Virus record (IMG/VR): IMGVR_UViG_3300030329_003387
Length of the DNA: 64,000 nucleotides
Source of the DNA: a virus
Strand: one strand, 5' to 3'
Positions 63,994 to 64,000 of this stretch are shown here, piece by piece (the first letter of the stretch is position 1; each line of letters starts with the position of its first letter). The notes under the pieces were generated by a model. It saw only the letters and a program-made list of their open reading frames with translations. It ran no database searches and was not told the DNA's origin. Both the position numbers and the translations under genes were made by a program.

Positions 63994-64000
63994 GATAGTT

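Noticed and set aside
1-64000. Stop-codon reassignment, inteins/introns, DGR or retron
   Set aside because: Genes are long and intact in the standard code, TAG and TGA end genes normally, TerL and portal show no insertions, and no reverse transcriptase motif was seen in the window.

Overview
This window is a 64-kb segment of a large tailed dsDNA phage. It is probably siphovirus-like with a very long tail; the host is unknown, with a weak hint of Planctomycetota. Positions 1-47.3 kb form a minus-strand late/virion module: phage sigma factor, GDP-mannose dehydratase, sulfotransferase-like gene, HNH and ERCC4 nucleases, terminase, portal, protease/scaffold, decoration protein, major capsid, many fibre genes with embedded glycan-modifying enzymes, neck and tail-tube genes, a 4354-aa modular tape-measure protein and a truncated LamG-domain tail protein. 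This module carries a repeated TGGTGTATAAT late-promoter motif. From about 48.4 kb the genes switch to the plus strand. A ~11-kb block of very small genes resembles an early host-takeover module and is organised by several non-coding repeat families. The most striking is a family of nine co-oriented ~55-nt stem-loops (GGTAARAC leader, variable but self-complementary stem, conserved loop) lying between the small-gene units. The block also has four identical palindromic operator-promoters, six CCGAT-spacer promoters, hairpins carrying anti-Shine-Dalgarno sequences (one is the exact complement of the early-gene RBS) and two tRNA-like non-tRNA structures. All product calls come from motif recognition by eye; no database searches were run.
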